From: a bacterium
GTDB lineage: Archaea > Thermoplasmatota > E2 > JACPAO01 > JAHFTW01
Assembly (NCBI GenBank): GCA_040390065.1
Contig: JAZJZE010000005.1
Location: 160,001-224,000 of the forward strand
Direction: 5' to 3'
Length of the DNA stretch: 64,000 bases
Below, one piece after another: positions 10,501-17,580 of this stretch. The translations under genes and the position numbers were made by a program. The notes below the pieces were generated by a model. That model worked only from the letters and a program-made list of their open reading frames with translations, searched no databases and was not told where the DNA came from. The number at the start of each line of letters is the position of its first letter. The first letter of the stretch is position 1.

Positions 10501-10595
10501 GGTACAAGTCGATGGTCGAGGACTACGTCAAGGGGGCCTTCGGCTTCGATTCCCTTGAGTTGGCGACACAGCGGGACCTGTCGAGCTGGTTCTAG
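7533..10595 (+). CDS. Divergent family B DNA polymerase with 3'-5' exonuclease and PIP box
   Basis: ExoI YDIET, ExoII GHNILGFD, ExoIII YNKHD, motif A DVGAMYPT, motif B KAARNAGTHG, motif C YGDTDG, KNY, TKG, C-terminal QRDLSSWF. Confidence 0.92.
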   Translation: MAALLNLSNSHLFWQGREPEPIEPLHRPSFLAFPQDPREPIHKAHARLAGLIAGAQGQSSEENALAKALEVREPVRYKSFWNHGQSREVIPVVAKRSYWVPDISDELFFRHGFYTMEHDIPYTERAAADLSAEKGWWLLDTQGHPNKLNVLTYDIETTQYGKGPAMTDPMQGEASAVTAPGGRTRGAAGSAPSLPIDIIGYAEFDVEYSAQKDLDTEQFDFQFRHIPGDWAKREVHQLVARNVDEEMDNLMQFTQHAVSKDVIAGHNILGFDNKQVHDRILDLLARDQRRQTMSPRMREWFQRYTSVFSRPDKSFHWGERQDTAVLHPISLDTFHAARKFYFFHDDFTLKGLAPWLGIDVPDRVYLDPHEMGLDPKTLLYNKHDIQEQVGITQMLIAQALPLCFTVNLPLDDLLTGGNTKMWDHMAFLRARRNRKMMPATARAQGIARSIQRFVSKPFPTRDEIAAAVRDWPPEERAAAANKEFIRVAKQGPEMPFWCEHPSVIVKADASASGDPDDPNGYAIPGGMTLKPDSELKSHFVPWYHVVAADVGAMYPTILKARNLTADTVVPARKGETPDDWIWLFELDADFIASDKYVVKKADPADTLTKGKGWLIGVKHNPEPGMVNLAMTGILSTIQKVKTNRARAKKDNRGKDEIRILDMTYASLKAARNAGTHGILVAVNVSCRQFNVWGGANITTIGQRILQESLDDFQAKGMRVVYGDTDGIYIGCSKSAGNLPHFAAALDADVEPETDKWITMPADALTAIAAANRKWRDALNYEGFELEAETHDAMVFVVHKNYLIFDTDPKGGVRLETKGNNFKASDKAPLTQQVLRDIMAKALKDVASWTKEEDAREAMKVAIKKATKEVMASVQVAKTDWADLILRQSVSPIKSYEPNPDGTLRSQAVRTAALEDLLGEAITATRKFKFIVCRDPLPLYKEKERQERKVHELKRSGHQLIVKEPKNRGLKPIEYMWPVEKVTPGQVDWAWYKSMVEDYVKGAFGFDSLELATQRDLSSWF

Positions 10596-10711
10596 CCCTG
10601 TGGGCCCGTCCGCATCCGACGGTCGCCCGCCGTTCGGCAATTCGCCTCCGTCCCGCCATTCTTATCGCCGAGCAGGCATGCCGTGGCGGTCCCTCCGACC
10701 ACGTGAACCCC

Positions 10712-11134
10712 ATGCGCCTTACCCTGCTTGCCGCCGCCGTCCTTGCCCTCGCCGCCGTCCCGACGCTGCCCGCCTCGTCCGCCGGCCTGCCTGACCATGT
10801 CTGCATCCCGCCTGGCACGCTCAACCAGGCATGCGTCGGCGACTACGGCAACGGCGACCTGTGCGCCTGGCCCAACGGACCTTCCAGCTTCGGACCCGTT
10901 TGCGTCGGCATCCAGACGACGCCGCTCCTTCCGGTCTGCTTCCCGCCTGCCTCGGACAACCACTCCTGCATCGGCCTGCGCAACGACGGCGCCGCTTGCG
11001 TCTGGATCTATGGCGGCCCGTTGTACCACTACGCGTGCGTCACGCCGACCGGCAAGATCGAATCGTGCTCCACGAACCTTTACTCGGCCATCTACGGCCC
11101 CGGCTGGCACTGCCTCGGCGAGCCGTTACCGTAG
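10712..11134 (+). CDS. Secreted Cys-rich hypothetical protein
   Basis: Signal peptide MRLTLLAAAVLALAAV; 10 regularly spaced Cys; coding-like high-GC3 codons. Confidence 0.75.
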   Translation: MRLTLLAAAVLALAAVPTLPASSAGLPDHVCIPPGTLNQACVGDYGNGDLCAWPNGPSSFGPVCVGIQTTPLLPVCFPPASDNHSCIGLRNDGAACVWIYGGPLYHYACVTPTGKIESCSTNLYSAIYGPGWHCLGEPLP

Positions 11135-11192
11135 AAAGGACGCGGTCTGCGCATTGCGGAAGACTCAATGCCACCAAGTCGGTGGCTTGCGC

Positions 11193-11513
11193 ATGACGCG
11201 CTGGCCGTCCAAACTCCTGACCATCATCGGATTCGTTCTCATGGCCGCCGGCCTGTACGAGGCCGGCATCGCCAAGGACGCGACGTTCCTGCTGGCCATA
11301 TTCCTGCCCGGCACCCTCATGGTCACGGCCGGCCTCCTCGCCCTCCAGTTTGCATCGTCGGGATGGGGCTGCGGCTACTACTGCGATGACGACGAGGGAT
11401 GCGGCTGCGGCCACTGCGACGGCTGCAAGGGCGGCGAATGCTGCGGCCACTGCGGCTGCGACAACGAAGTCGCCCACGAGCACGGCGAAGGCCACGAAGG
11501 CCATTCGCACTGA
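11193..11513 (+). CDS. Small two-TM protein with Cys/His-rich (metallothionein-like) tail
   Basis: Start MTRWPSK within track ORF 10728..11513; two hydrophobic helices, then 10 Cys and 7 His in the last ~50 aa. Confidence 0.75.
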   Translation: MTRWPSKLLTIIGFVLMAAGLYEAGIAKDATFLLAIFLPGTLMVTAGLLALQFASSGWGCGYYCDDDEGCGCGHCDGCKGGECCGHCGCDNEVAHEHGEGHEGHSH

Positions 11514-11516
11514 GCC

Positions 11517-12335
11517 CTATCGGCCGGTGACGCTGGACTTGTAGATGCGGTAGTTGAGCAACCCGAAGAGGACTGCGGCGATGGCGGCAGCACCCATCAC
11601 GACGCCAATTTTGTCCCACGGATAGTTCTCGACCATGGCGCCGTGCCCGTTGTTGACGCCGATCATGAGTTGCCGCAAGACCTGCACCAAGTAGTCGACG
11701 GGGTTGAAGTCGATGATGTGCTGCAGCGTCTTGTTCGTGATGGCTTCCTTGGCGTTGAAGGCCGTGCTCAGGAACATGGCCACGAAGAACAACGGGAACG
11801 CCGACTGCGTCGCCTGGTCGGACTTGGTCTTCATGGCAAGCGCCATGACGCCCATCCCTGCAACGCATGCGGAGAAGACCGTCGCGATGAGGATCATGAA
11901 GATGGCGCCCAGGAAGCCGGACTTGACAGAGGCGCCGATGCTGATGGCGATCAGCAGCACGAGCGTTCCTTGCAAGGCCACGCGAGTCATCTCGGCGAAC
12001 ATGCGGGCGACGAAGACCTGCCAGGGGCGGGCCGGCGTCGTGCGCAGCTTGTCGAAGTAGCCCGTGCGCAGATCCACGATAAGGGCTGCACTCGAGTTCG
12101 CCATGCCCACGAAGATCGTGAACAAGAGCACGGCGGGGACGATGTACGATTGGTAGTCGACGCCGGGATAGCCCGTCTTGTATGCCGGAAGTTCCGTCAC
12201 GCCAGAAAACAGGTTCCCGAACAGGAGGAGTTGGATGACGGGCATCACGATGCCGAAGACCAGGACAATCGGGATGCGCGGGAACTGCCGCATGTTGCGC
12301 ATGTACATGAGCCCGAAGTTTCGCAGCTCGCCCAT
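11517..12335 (-). CDS. ABC-2 type exporter permease (DrrB-like)
   Basis: Six TM segments, DYQSYIVPA, GYFDKLRTTP, FNPVDY; directly follows the ATPase gene. Confidence 0.9.
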   Translation of the reverse strand: MGELRNFGLMYMRNMRQFPRIPIVLVFGIVMPVIQLLLFGNLFSGVTELPAYKTGYPGVDYQSYIVPAVLLFTIFVGMANSSAALIVDLRTGYFDKLRTTPARPWQVFVARMFAEMTRVALQGTLVLLIAISIGASVKSGFLGAIFMILIATVFSACVAGMGVMALAMKTKSDQATQSAFPLFFVAMFLSTAFNAKEAITNKTLQHIIDFNPVDYLVQVLRQLMIGVNNGHGAMVENYPWDKIGVVMGAAAIAAVLFGLLNYRIYKSSVTGR

Positions 12336-13361
12336 CTAGGCACCGCCGCGCGCCTTGCCGTCGGGTTTGCCACGAGGTCCGGGGCCCTTCGCGCCGGGGG
12401 CCGCCTCGGCGTCTTCGACGTCCAGCCGCGTGCCGGTGTAGTGCAGGTACGCGTCCTGGAGCGTCGGCGACAGGACCTTCGTCTCGCGCACCTGGATGCC
12501 GGCGTCGCCGATGATGCGCAGGGCCGGCAGGAGCGCGCGGCCGCCGTCGGTCACGCGCAGGTTGATGGCGCCGTCGACGCGGTGGGCGTTGGCGGGGCCG
12601 AAGGCGCGCTGGACCGTCGCCCACTGCGCCGGTGTTGGCTCGCTCGAAAGGACCACCTTGAGCGTGTCGGAGCCGACCGACCGCTTCAGGCGTTCCGGCG
12701 TGTCGATCGCGGCGATCACGCCCTTCGAGATGATGGCGATGCGGTCGCACAGCACGTCGGCTTCCTCCATGTAGTGCGTCGACATGAGGACGGTGATGCC
12801 GTGGTCCTTGCGAAGGCGGCGAAGAACGGCCCAAAGTTGCGCGCGGCTCTTGGGGTCCAGACCGGTGCTGGGCTCATCGAGGAACAGCACGTCTGGCGTG
12901 TGCACGAGGGAGACGGCAAGGTCGAGGCGGCGCTGCATGCCACCGGAGAAACGCACGACGCGGCGGTTGGCGTGTTCCACGAGGTCGAAGGTCTTGAGGA
13001 GTTCGTCTGCTCGGGCTTTGGCTTCCCGGGAGCCCATGCCGTAGAGCTTGGCGTGCAGGATGAGCATCTCGCGGCCGGTGGCAAGGTCGTCCATGCCGAC
13101 CTCCTGCATGGCGAAGCCTATCTTGCTCTTGATCTGCTTGGCCTGCTTGGCCACGTCGAAGCCCAGGACAGACGCGGAGCCGCCGGAGCCGTCCAGCAGC
13201 GTACCCAGGATGCGCATCGAGGTCGTCTTGCCGGCACCGTTCGGACCTAGAAAGCCGAAGATCTCGCCCTTGCGGACTTGGAACGAGATGCCCTTCACGG
13301 CGGCGGTGCCGTCGGGATACGTCTTCGTGAGGTTGCGCACGTCGATGACCGCGTTGTCCAC
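12336..13361 (-). CDS. ABC exporter ATP-binding protein (DrrA-like)
   Basis: GPNGAGKTT, FSGGMQRR, LFLDEPSTGLDP, STHYMEEA. Confidence 0.95.
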   Translation of the reverse strand: MDNAVIDVRNLTKTYPDGTAAVKGISFQVRKGEIFGFLGPNGAGKTTSMRILGTLLDGSGGSASVLGFDVAKQAKQIKSKIGFAMQEVGMDDLATGREMLILHAKLYGMGSREAKARADELLKTFDLVEHANRRVVRFSGGMQRRLDLAVSLVHTPDVLFLDEPSTGLDPKSRAQLWAVLRRLRKDHGITVLMSTHYMEEADVLCDRIAIISKGVIAAIDTPERLKRSVGSDTLKVVLSSEPTPAQWATVQRAFGPANAHRVDGAINLRVTDGGRALLPALRIIGDAGIQVRETKVLSPTLQDAYLHYTGTRLDVEDAEAAPGAKGPGPRGKPDGKARGGA

Positions 13362-13468
13362 GCCGGCGCGAAGCGGGAGACCCGTTTAGGCTTGATGACG
13401 TGGGGGCCGCATGTCAACCCGTCATAGGACGGGCCAATTCCTATCCCTTTTCGCTGCACTGGCCTGCT

Positions 13469-14833
13469 GTGGGCTTCGACCTGCGTCGCATCCGCGCCGA
13501 CTTCCCCATCCTGCAGCGCCGCATCGCGACGGCCGATGGCAAACGCATGCCTTTGGTCTACATGGACCACGGCTCCAGCACGCACGCGCCCACACCCGTG
13601 CTGCAGGCCGTCCAGAAACTTTGCAGCGAGAGCTACGCCAACGTGCACCGCGGCAACCACACGCTATCGCAGGAATCAAGCCAACTCTTCGAGGACGCCG
13701 TGGAGACATTGGGCCGCTTCGTCGGCGCCAACCCCGAGACCCAGCCCGTCGTGCTCGGCTCGAACACGACCAGTTCCCTCGACCTCGCGGCGCATCTCGT
13801 CGACCACAAACGCGGCCGCACGCTCACCACCCTGTCGGAACATCATTCGAACGACCTCCCGCACCGCCGCCGCGGGGACGTACTGCACGCGGAGGTCGAC
13901 GAAGACGGCCACATCCTCCTCGACGACGTCGAAGCCAAGCTGCACAAGCGCTTCGCGCGAAAACCGGTCAAGCTCCTGGCCGTGACGGGCGCCAGCAACG
14001 TGACGGGCATCATGCCGCCTGTGCACAAGCTCGCCCGCCTCGCGCACGACCACGGCGCCCGCATCCTTGTCGACGCGGCACAACTCTACGCTCACGCGCC
14101 CATCGACGTCAAGTCCGCAGACCATCCCGAACACATCGACTTCCTCGCCGCCGCAGGCCACAAGTCCTACGCCCCGTTCGGCGCGTCCTTCCTCGTGGCC
14201 CCGCGCGACGTGCTCGACGCCGCGCCGCCGTACATGCCGGGTGGCGGCACCGTGCAGTGGGTGACGCAGGACAGCGTGCTCTTCTCCAAGGGGCCGGACC
14301 GCCATCAAGGCGGCACGCCCAACATCGTCGGCACGGTCGCATTTGCTGCAGCGACGCGATATCTTGCCGCGGCGGGGATGGAGAACGTGCGCGACCACGA
14401 AGAGAAGCTCGTCTACCAAGCGCTCCGCCGCTTCGCCGAACTCGAGGAGACCCACGGCGTGCACCTCCTCGGCCCACGCGACTCCGGCGCGGCAGGCGAG
14501 AAAGTCGGCGTCTTTGCCTTCCTCATCCCCGGCCGGACGCACGGCGAATCGTCGCGCCTCCTCGACCGCCAGTACGGCATCGCCACCCGGAACGGCTGCT
14601 TCTGCGCCCACCCCCTCCTGCACCGCCTCCTGAAACTCGGTGACACGCCGCAGTGGACGGACAAGATCACGCGCGGCGAACCCGTGGAACTCCCAGGCGC
14701 CACACGGGCGACGTTCGGCATCTACAACACGGAAGCCGAGGTGGACTTTCTCGCCAAGGCAGTCGCGGCAATCGCGCACGGCGACATGGCGCACTCGGCG
14801 CCCCACGCGGCCATGGTGGCAGAGGTTTCGTAG
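13469..14833 (+). CDS. Class V PLP aminotransferase, cysteine desulfurase (SufS)-like
   Basis: IRADFPIL, YANVHRG, EHHSN, ASNVTG, VDAAQ, GHKSYAP (PLP Lys), RNGCFCAHP (catalytic Cys), RATFGIYN. Start at GTG 13469. Confidence 0.92.
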   Translation: MGFDLRRIRADFPILQRRIATADGKRMPLVYMDHGSSTHAPTPVLQAVQKLCSESYANVHRGNHTLSQESSQLFEDAVETLGRFVGANPETQPVVLGSNTTSSLDLAAHLVDHKRGRTLTTLSEHHSNDLPHRRRGDVLHAEVDEDGHILLDDVEAKLHKRFARKPVKLLAVTGASNVTGIMPPVHKLARLAHDHGARILVDAAQLYAHAPIDVKSADHPEHIDFLAAAGHKSYAPFGASFLVAPRDVLDAAPPYMPGGGTVQWVTQDSVLFSKGPDRHQGGTPNIVGTVAFAAATRYLAAAGMENVRDHEEKLVYQALRRFAELEETHGVHLLGPRDSGAAGEKVGVFAFLIPGRTHGESSRLLDRQYGIATRNGCFCAHPLLHRLLKLGDTPQWTDKITRGEPVELPGATRATFGIYNTEAEVDFLAKAVAAIAHGDMAHSAPHAAMVAEVS

Positions 14834-14839
14834 GAGATT

Positions 14840-14961
14840 GCGCGGCAAAACCGCGCATCGCCGCGCGTAAAGAACAGGCTTCGCCCAACACCCAAAGGCT
14901 CGCGCGGCAAAGCCACGCATCGCCGCGCGTAAAGAACGGGCTTCGCCTTCGTTCTTTACGC
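14840..14961. repeat. Two 46-bp direct repeats (period 62); second copy extends into a 12-bp-stem hairpin
   Basis: 14840-14885 vs 14902-14947, 3 mismatches; GCGTAAAGAACG (14927) pairs with CGTTCTTTACGC (ends 14961); lies between convergent genes. Confidence 0.85.
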
Positions 14962-15105
14962 TGTCATGAACCACTGCGGGTCAAGCCACAGCTCGAAGGT
15001 CGCCTTGCACTCGGGGCACGATACTGGATAGTCCGTCCGGCCCGCCTGGCGCGCTGGGACGTCGTGCGTGGTGACCACGTTGCACTTCGGGCAATCGACG
15101 TCCAT
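14956..15105 (-). CDS. Small zinc-ribbon protein (49 aa)
   Basis: Below track cutoff. Manual translation MDVDCPKCNVVTTHDVPARQAGRTDYPVSCPECKATFELWLDPQWFMTA has two CPxC knuckles. Confidence 0.75.
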   Translation of the reverse strand: MDVDCPKCNVVTTHDVPARQAGRTDYPVSCPECKATFELWLDPQWFMTA

Positions 15106-15133
15106 GTACACAAGGCGGTTTCAGACTGCCGTG

Positions 15134-16036
15134 CTATTTTGGGCTTGGGGTGCGAGACTGGACCCACAGGTACGCCGTGACGCTGACGAGCACGAGGCCC
15201 AAGCCGCCGACCTGCGCCGCGGTGAACGGCTCTGCAAACAGCAGGGCTGCGAAGAGCGCCGTGAAGCCCAACTCGGCGCCGACGAGCAGATTGACGAGGC
15301 TGGCTGGCGCCCGCTGCAACGCCGCATTGAACAGGATGAAACTCGCAAGCGTCGGGACCGCCACGTACACGGCCATCCAGCCCCACGACGCGGCCGTCTG
15401 GTGCAGAAGGGCGGGCGGACCTTCCAACACCAAGGCAGGCACGCCGTACCACGCGGCCCCGAAGATGAATGACGCGCCCATCAGGGGGGCCAAGGGCACC
15501 TGATCGGCAAACCGTCGCAGCGCCACGGAATAGAAGGCCCACACGAGTCCCGACGACACGGCGAGGGCCATGCCCCAGGCACCGACGGCCTGTGGCGCCT
15601 GCAGCCCGAAGAGCGCGACGTAGCCGCCCAGAAGCAACCCGGCAGCCGCGGGTGCGAACCATGGCCCGACCCGTTCGCCCAGGGTGACGTGCGCCAGAGC
15701 CGCCGTCCAAAGCGGCGCCGTGTAGAAGCCGAGTGTGGCGTAGGTGGCGTGCGGCAGCGCCGCCAGACTGTAGAGAAAAAGCGTCAAACTCGCGTTGGCA
15801 AGGACGTTGACCCAGAGCACGTCGCGACGCAGAAGCAGCCGCATGGACTCGCGCTGCACCGAGGGCTTGAGGCACGCGATGAACAAGACGGCGGCAAGGG
15901 CGAAGCGCACGGCGTTCAGGCCAAACGGCAAGTACGCCCCGGTGGCGAGGAAGTGCTTGCCGACGGGAGACAGCAGCCCCCAACTCGCGTAGGCGAGGAA
16001 CGCGAGCGCGATGCCGAACCTTGCCTTGGATGCCAA
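15134..16036 (-). CDS. DMT/EamA family transporter
   Basis: About 10 TM helices in two EamA repeats; FYTAPLWTAALA..LGER; LLFAEPF..QVGG. Confidence 0.9.
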   Translation of the reverse strand: MASKARFGIALAFLAYASWGLLSPVGKHFLATGAYLPFGLNAVRFALAAVLFIACLKPSVQRESMRLLLRRDVLWVNVLANASLTLFLYSLAALPHATYATLGFYTAPLWTAALAHVTLGERVGPWFAPAAAGLLLGGYVALFGLQAPQAVGAWGMALAVSSGLVWAFYSVALRRFADQVPLAPLMGASFIFGAAWYGVPALVLEGPPALLHQTAASWGWMAVYVAVPTLASFILFNAALQRAPASLVNLLVGAELGFTALFAALLFAEPFTAAQVGGLGLVLVSVTAYLWVQSRTPSPK

Positions 16037-16072
16037 CGCAGGGCAGACCGCACGCGCCCGGAAAAGGCCCGC

Positions 16073-16456
16073 CTACGGCGCTGAGCGAACGACGCGACCG
16101 ACGTCGCGCCGGCTCAGGCCCAACCGCTTCGCCAGGCGGGAAAGATGCGACGTCTCGCTCCAGCTCAGCATCCGGTCGTCGCCGGCCACGACGCAGGCGA
16201 CGCGCAGGGCAGTGACGCGGGCCGAGTGGCCAGAGAGAGCCGCAAGCGCCTGGGTGAGCACGTCTTCCTCGCCGCGTTGCGCCACGTCCTCTTGCCCGGC
16301 CGCGACGAGGCGCCGCACCTGGGCGTCCGTCATGCCCTCGAAGGCATGCGGCACGCGATGCCACGGGGACGGCCCCTGGCCTGATGCCGGTGGGCGGCCG
16401 GCTCGCATGGTGAGGGCGACGATGCGCGCCAGCGCTTCCTCCTGCGTGAAGCCCAT
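16073..16456 (-). CDS. TerB-like helical domain protein
   Basis: Start MGFTQEE; C-terminal ACVVAGDDRMLSWSE..L..LAKRLGL resembles TerB; paralog of the next gene. Confidence 0.65.
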   Translation of the reverse strand: MGFTQEEALARIVALTMRAGRPPASGQGPSPWHRVPHAFEGMTDAQVRRLVAAGQEDVAQRGEEDVLTQALAALSGHSARVTALRVACVVAGDDRMLSWSETSHLSRLAKRLGLSRRDVGRVVRSAP

Positions 16457-16482
16457 ACGCGCCGATGGCACCGCCCAGCGGT

Positions 16483-16896
16483 TCAAGGTTTGCGTGGCGG
16501 CCGCGGCGGCCAATAGGTGTGCAGCACTTGTGTGACGTCGGAGCGCGACAGGCCCAATGCGTCGGCGAATTCGAGGACCTGCCGCGACTCCTGCCACGCG
16601 AGCTTGCGGTCCGCGATGGCCACTTGGCAAGCAACGTGCAGACCTTCCACTGCTCCGGCGCGGTCCCCAAGGCCGGCGCGCACACGGGCCAACACATCGC
16701 CCTGCGGCTTGGTGTTGACATCCGCAAGCGCCTCGCCCACGATGCGCTCGACGTCCGGGCGCGGCACGCGCGCAAGGCGCTTCTTGAGGGCCGCCGAGGC
16801 GCTGGCTTTCTCGATGGCGGTCTCCACGCCATCGGCGCGGGCGACGAGCATCGCCAGGCGAAGCAGGGCCGCCTCGGCTTCAAGGGGCTGGGGCAC
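16483..16896 (-). CDS. TerB family protein
   Basis: MLVARADGVETAIE and VAIADRKLAWQE...ADALGL, the duplicated ADG..E TerB motif. GTG start. Confidence 0.75.
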   Translation of the reverse strand: MPQPLEAEAALLRLAMLVARADGVETAIEKASASAALKKRLARVPRPDVERIVGEALADVNTKPQGDVLARVRAGLGDRAGAVEGLHVACQVAIADRKLAWQESRQVLEFADALGLSRSDVTQVLHTYWPPRPPRKP

Positions 16897-16944
16897 GCCG
16901 GCGCATGCAGCGAGGCGGCCCTTCAAGGTTTGCAAGCAAACCCG

Positions 16945-17517
16945 CTACAGGAAGGTCGAGGAGCGGGGCAGGTGCTCATAGAGCACCTCGATGTCAGACA
17001 AGCGGTGCAGGCCCTGCAGGTCGAGGCGGACCTCGGATTGCCGGGCCGTCAGCTTGGGCTCGATGCGCAGACGCAGCGCGGGGCGGCGAAGATGGGGCGT
17101 TGCAGGAGGCTTCTCGAATGGTACATGCAGGTCCGCGACGGCGCGGTCGACCTTCCAGTCGATGGCCGCCCGGCCTGTCTTGGCGTAGATGAAATGCACG
17201 CGCTGGATGTCACGGTACGCGAGCTTGCGGTCGATGCCGAACATGGTGCCGATCACGATGCCGGTGCCGTCGACGACGATGCACAGTGCGACCCAGCGCC
17301 AGACGGCAACGCCGGCCAGCACGAGGAGCCCGAACGTCCCCGCCAGCCAAGTGATGGAACGCAGCGAGAGGGCAGCGCAGAGGGTTGCGCCTGCCAGGAG
17401 GAGATTGGCCATGAGAAGGGTCCCTTGCCCCATGTGGATGACGGCGCGCCGCTTTGGCACGGACACGGGAGACGGCAAGGAGTGGGCAAACGAGCCATCG
17501 AGGACGGCCGGCGGCAT
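16945..17517 (-). CDS. Membrane protein with bacterial PH-like domain; start uncertain
   Basis: Two TM segments followed by IVVDGTGIVIGTMFG...LAYRDIQRV. Confidence 0.55.
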   Translation of the reverse strand: MPPAVLDGSFAHSLPSPVSVPKRRAVIHMGQGTLLMANLLLAGATLCAALSLRSITWLAGTFGLLVLAGVAVWRWVALCIVVDGTGIVIGTMFGIDRKLAYRDIQRVHFIYAKTGRAAIDWKVDRAVADLHVPFEKPPATPHLRRPALRLRIEPKLTARQSEVRLDLQGLHRLSDIEVLYEHLPRSSTFL

Positions 17518-17580
17518 GGCCCTCTTGATTGCGGCCGCTGGGCCTTCAAGATTCCTGCGCGGTCCTGCAATAGCGAACCG

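Noticed and set aside
7533-10595. Intein or inactivated PolB2 explaining the unusual polymerase
   Set aside because: No intein splice-junction or LAGLIDADG motifs seen; catalytic Asp and Exo residues are intact.
7482-10640. Long antisense and alternate-frame ORFs (1052 aa here; also 5475..6785, 21070..22821, 41908..44025 and many others)
   Set aside because: High-GC shadows of clearly identifiable genes; no motifs of their own.
14840-14947. CRISPR array
   Set aside because: Only two 46-bp copies with a 16-bp gap, and no cas genes in the window.
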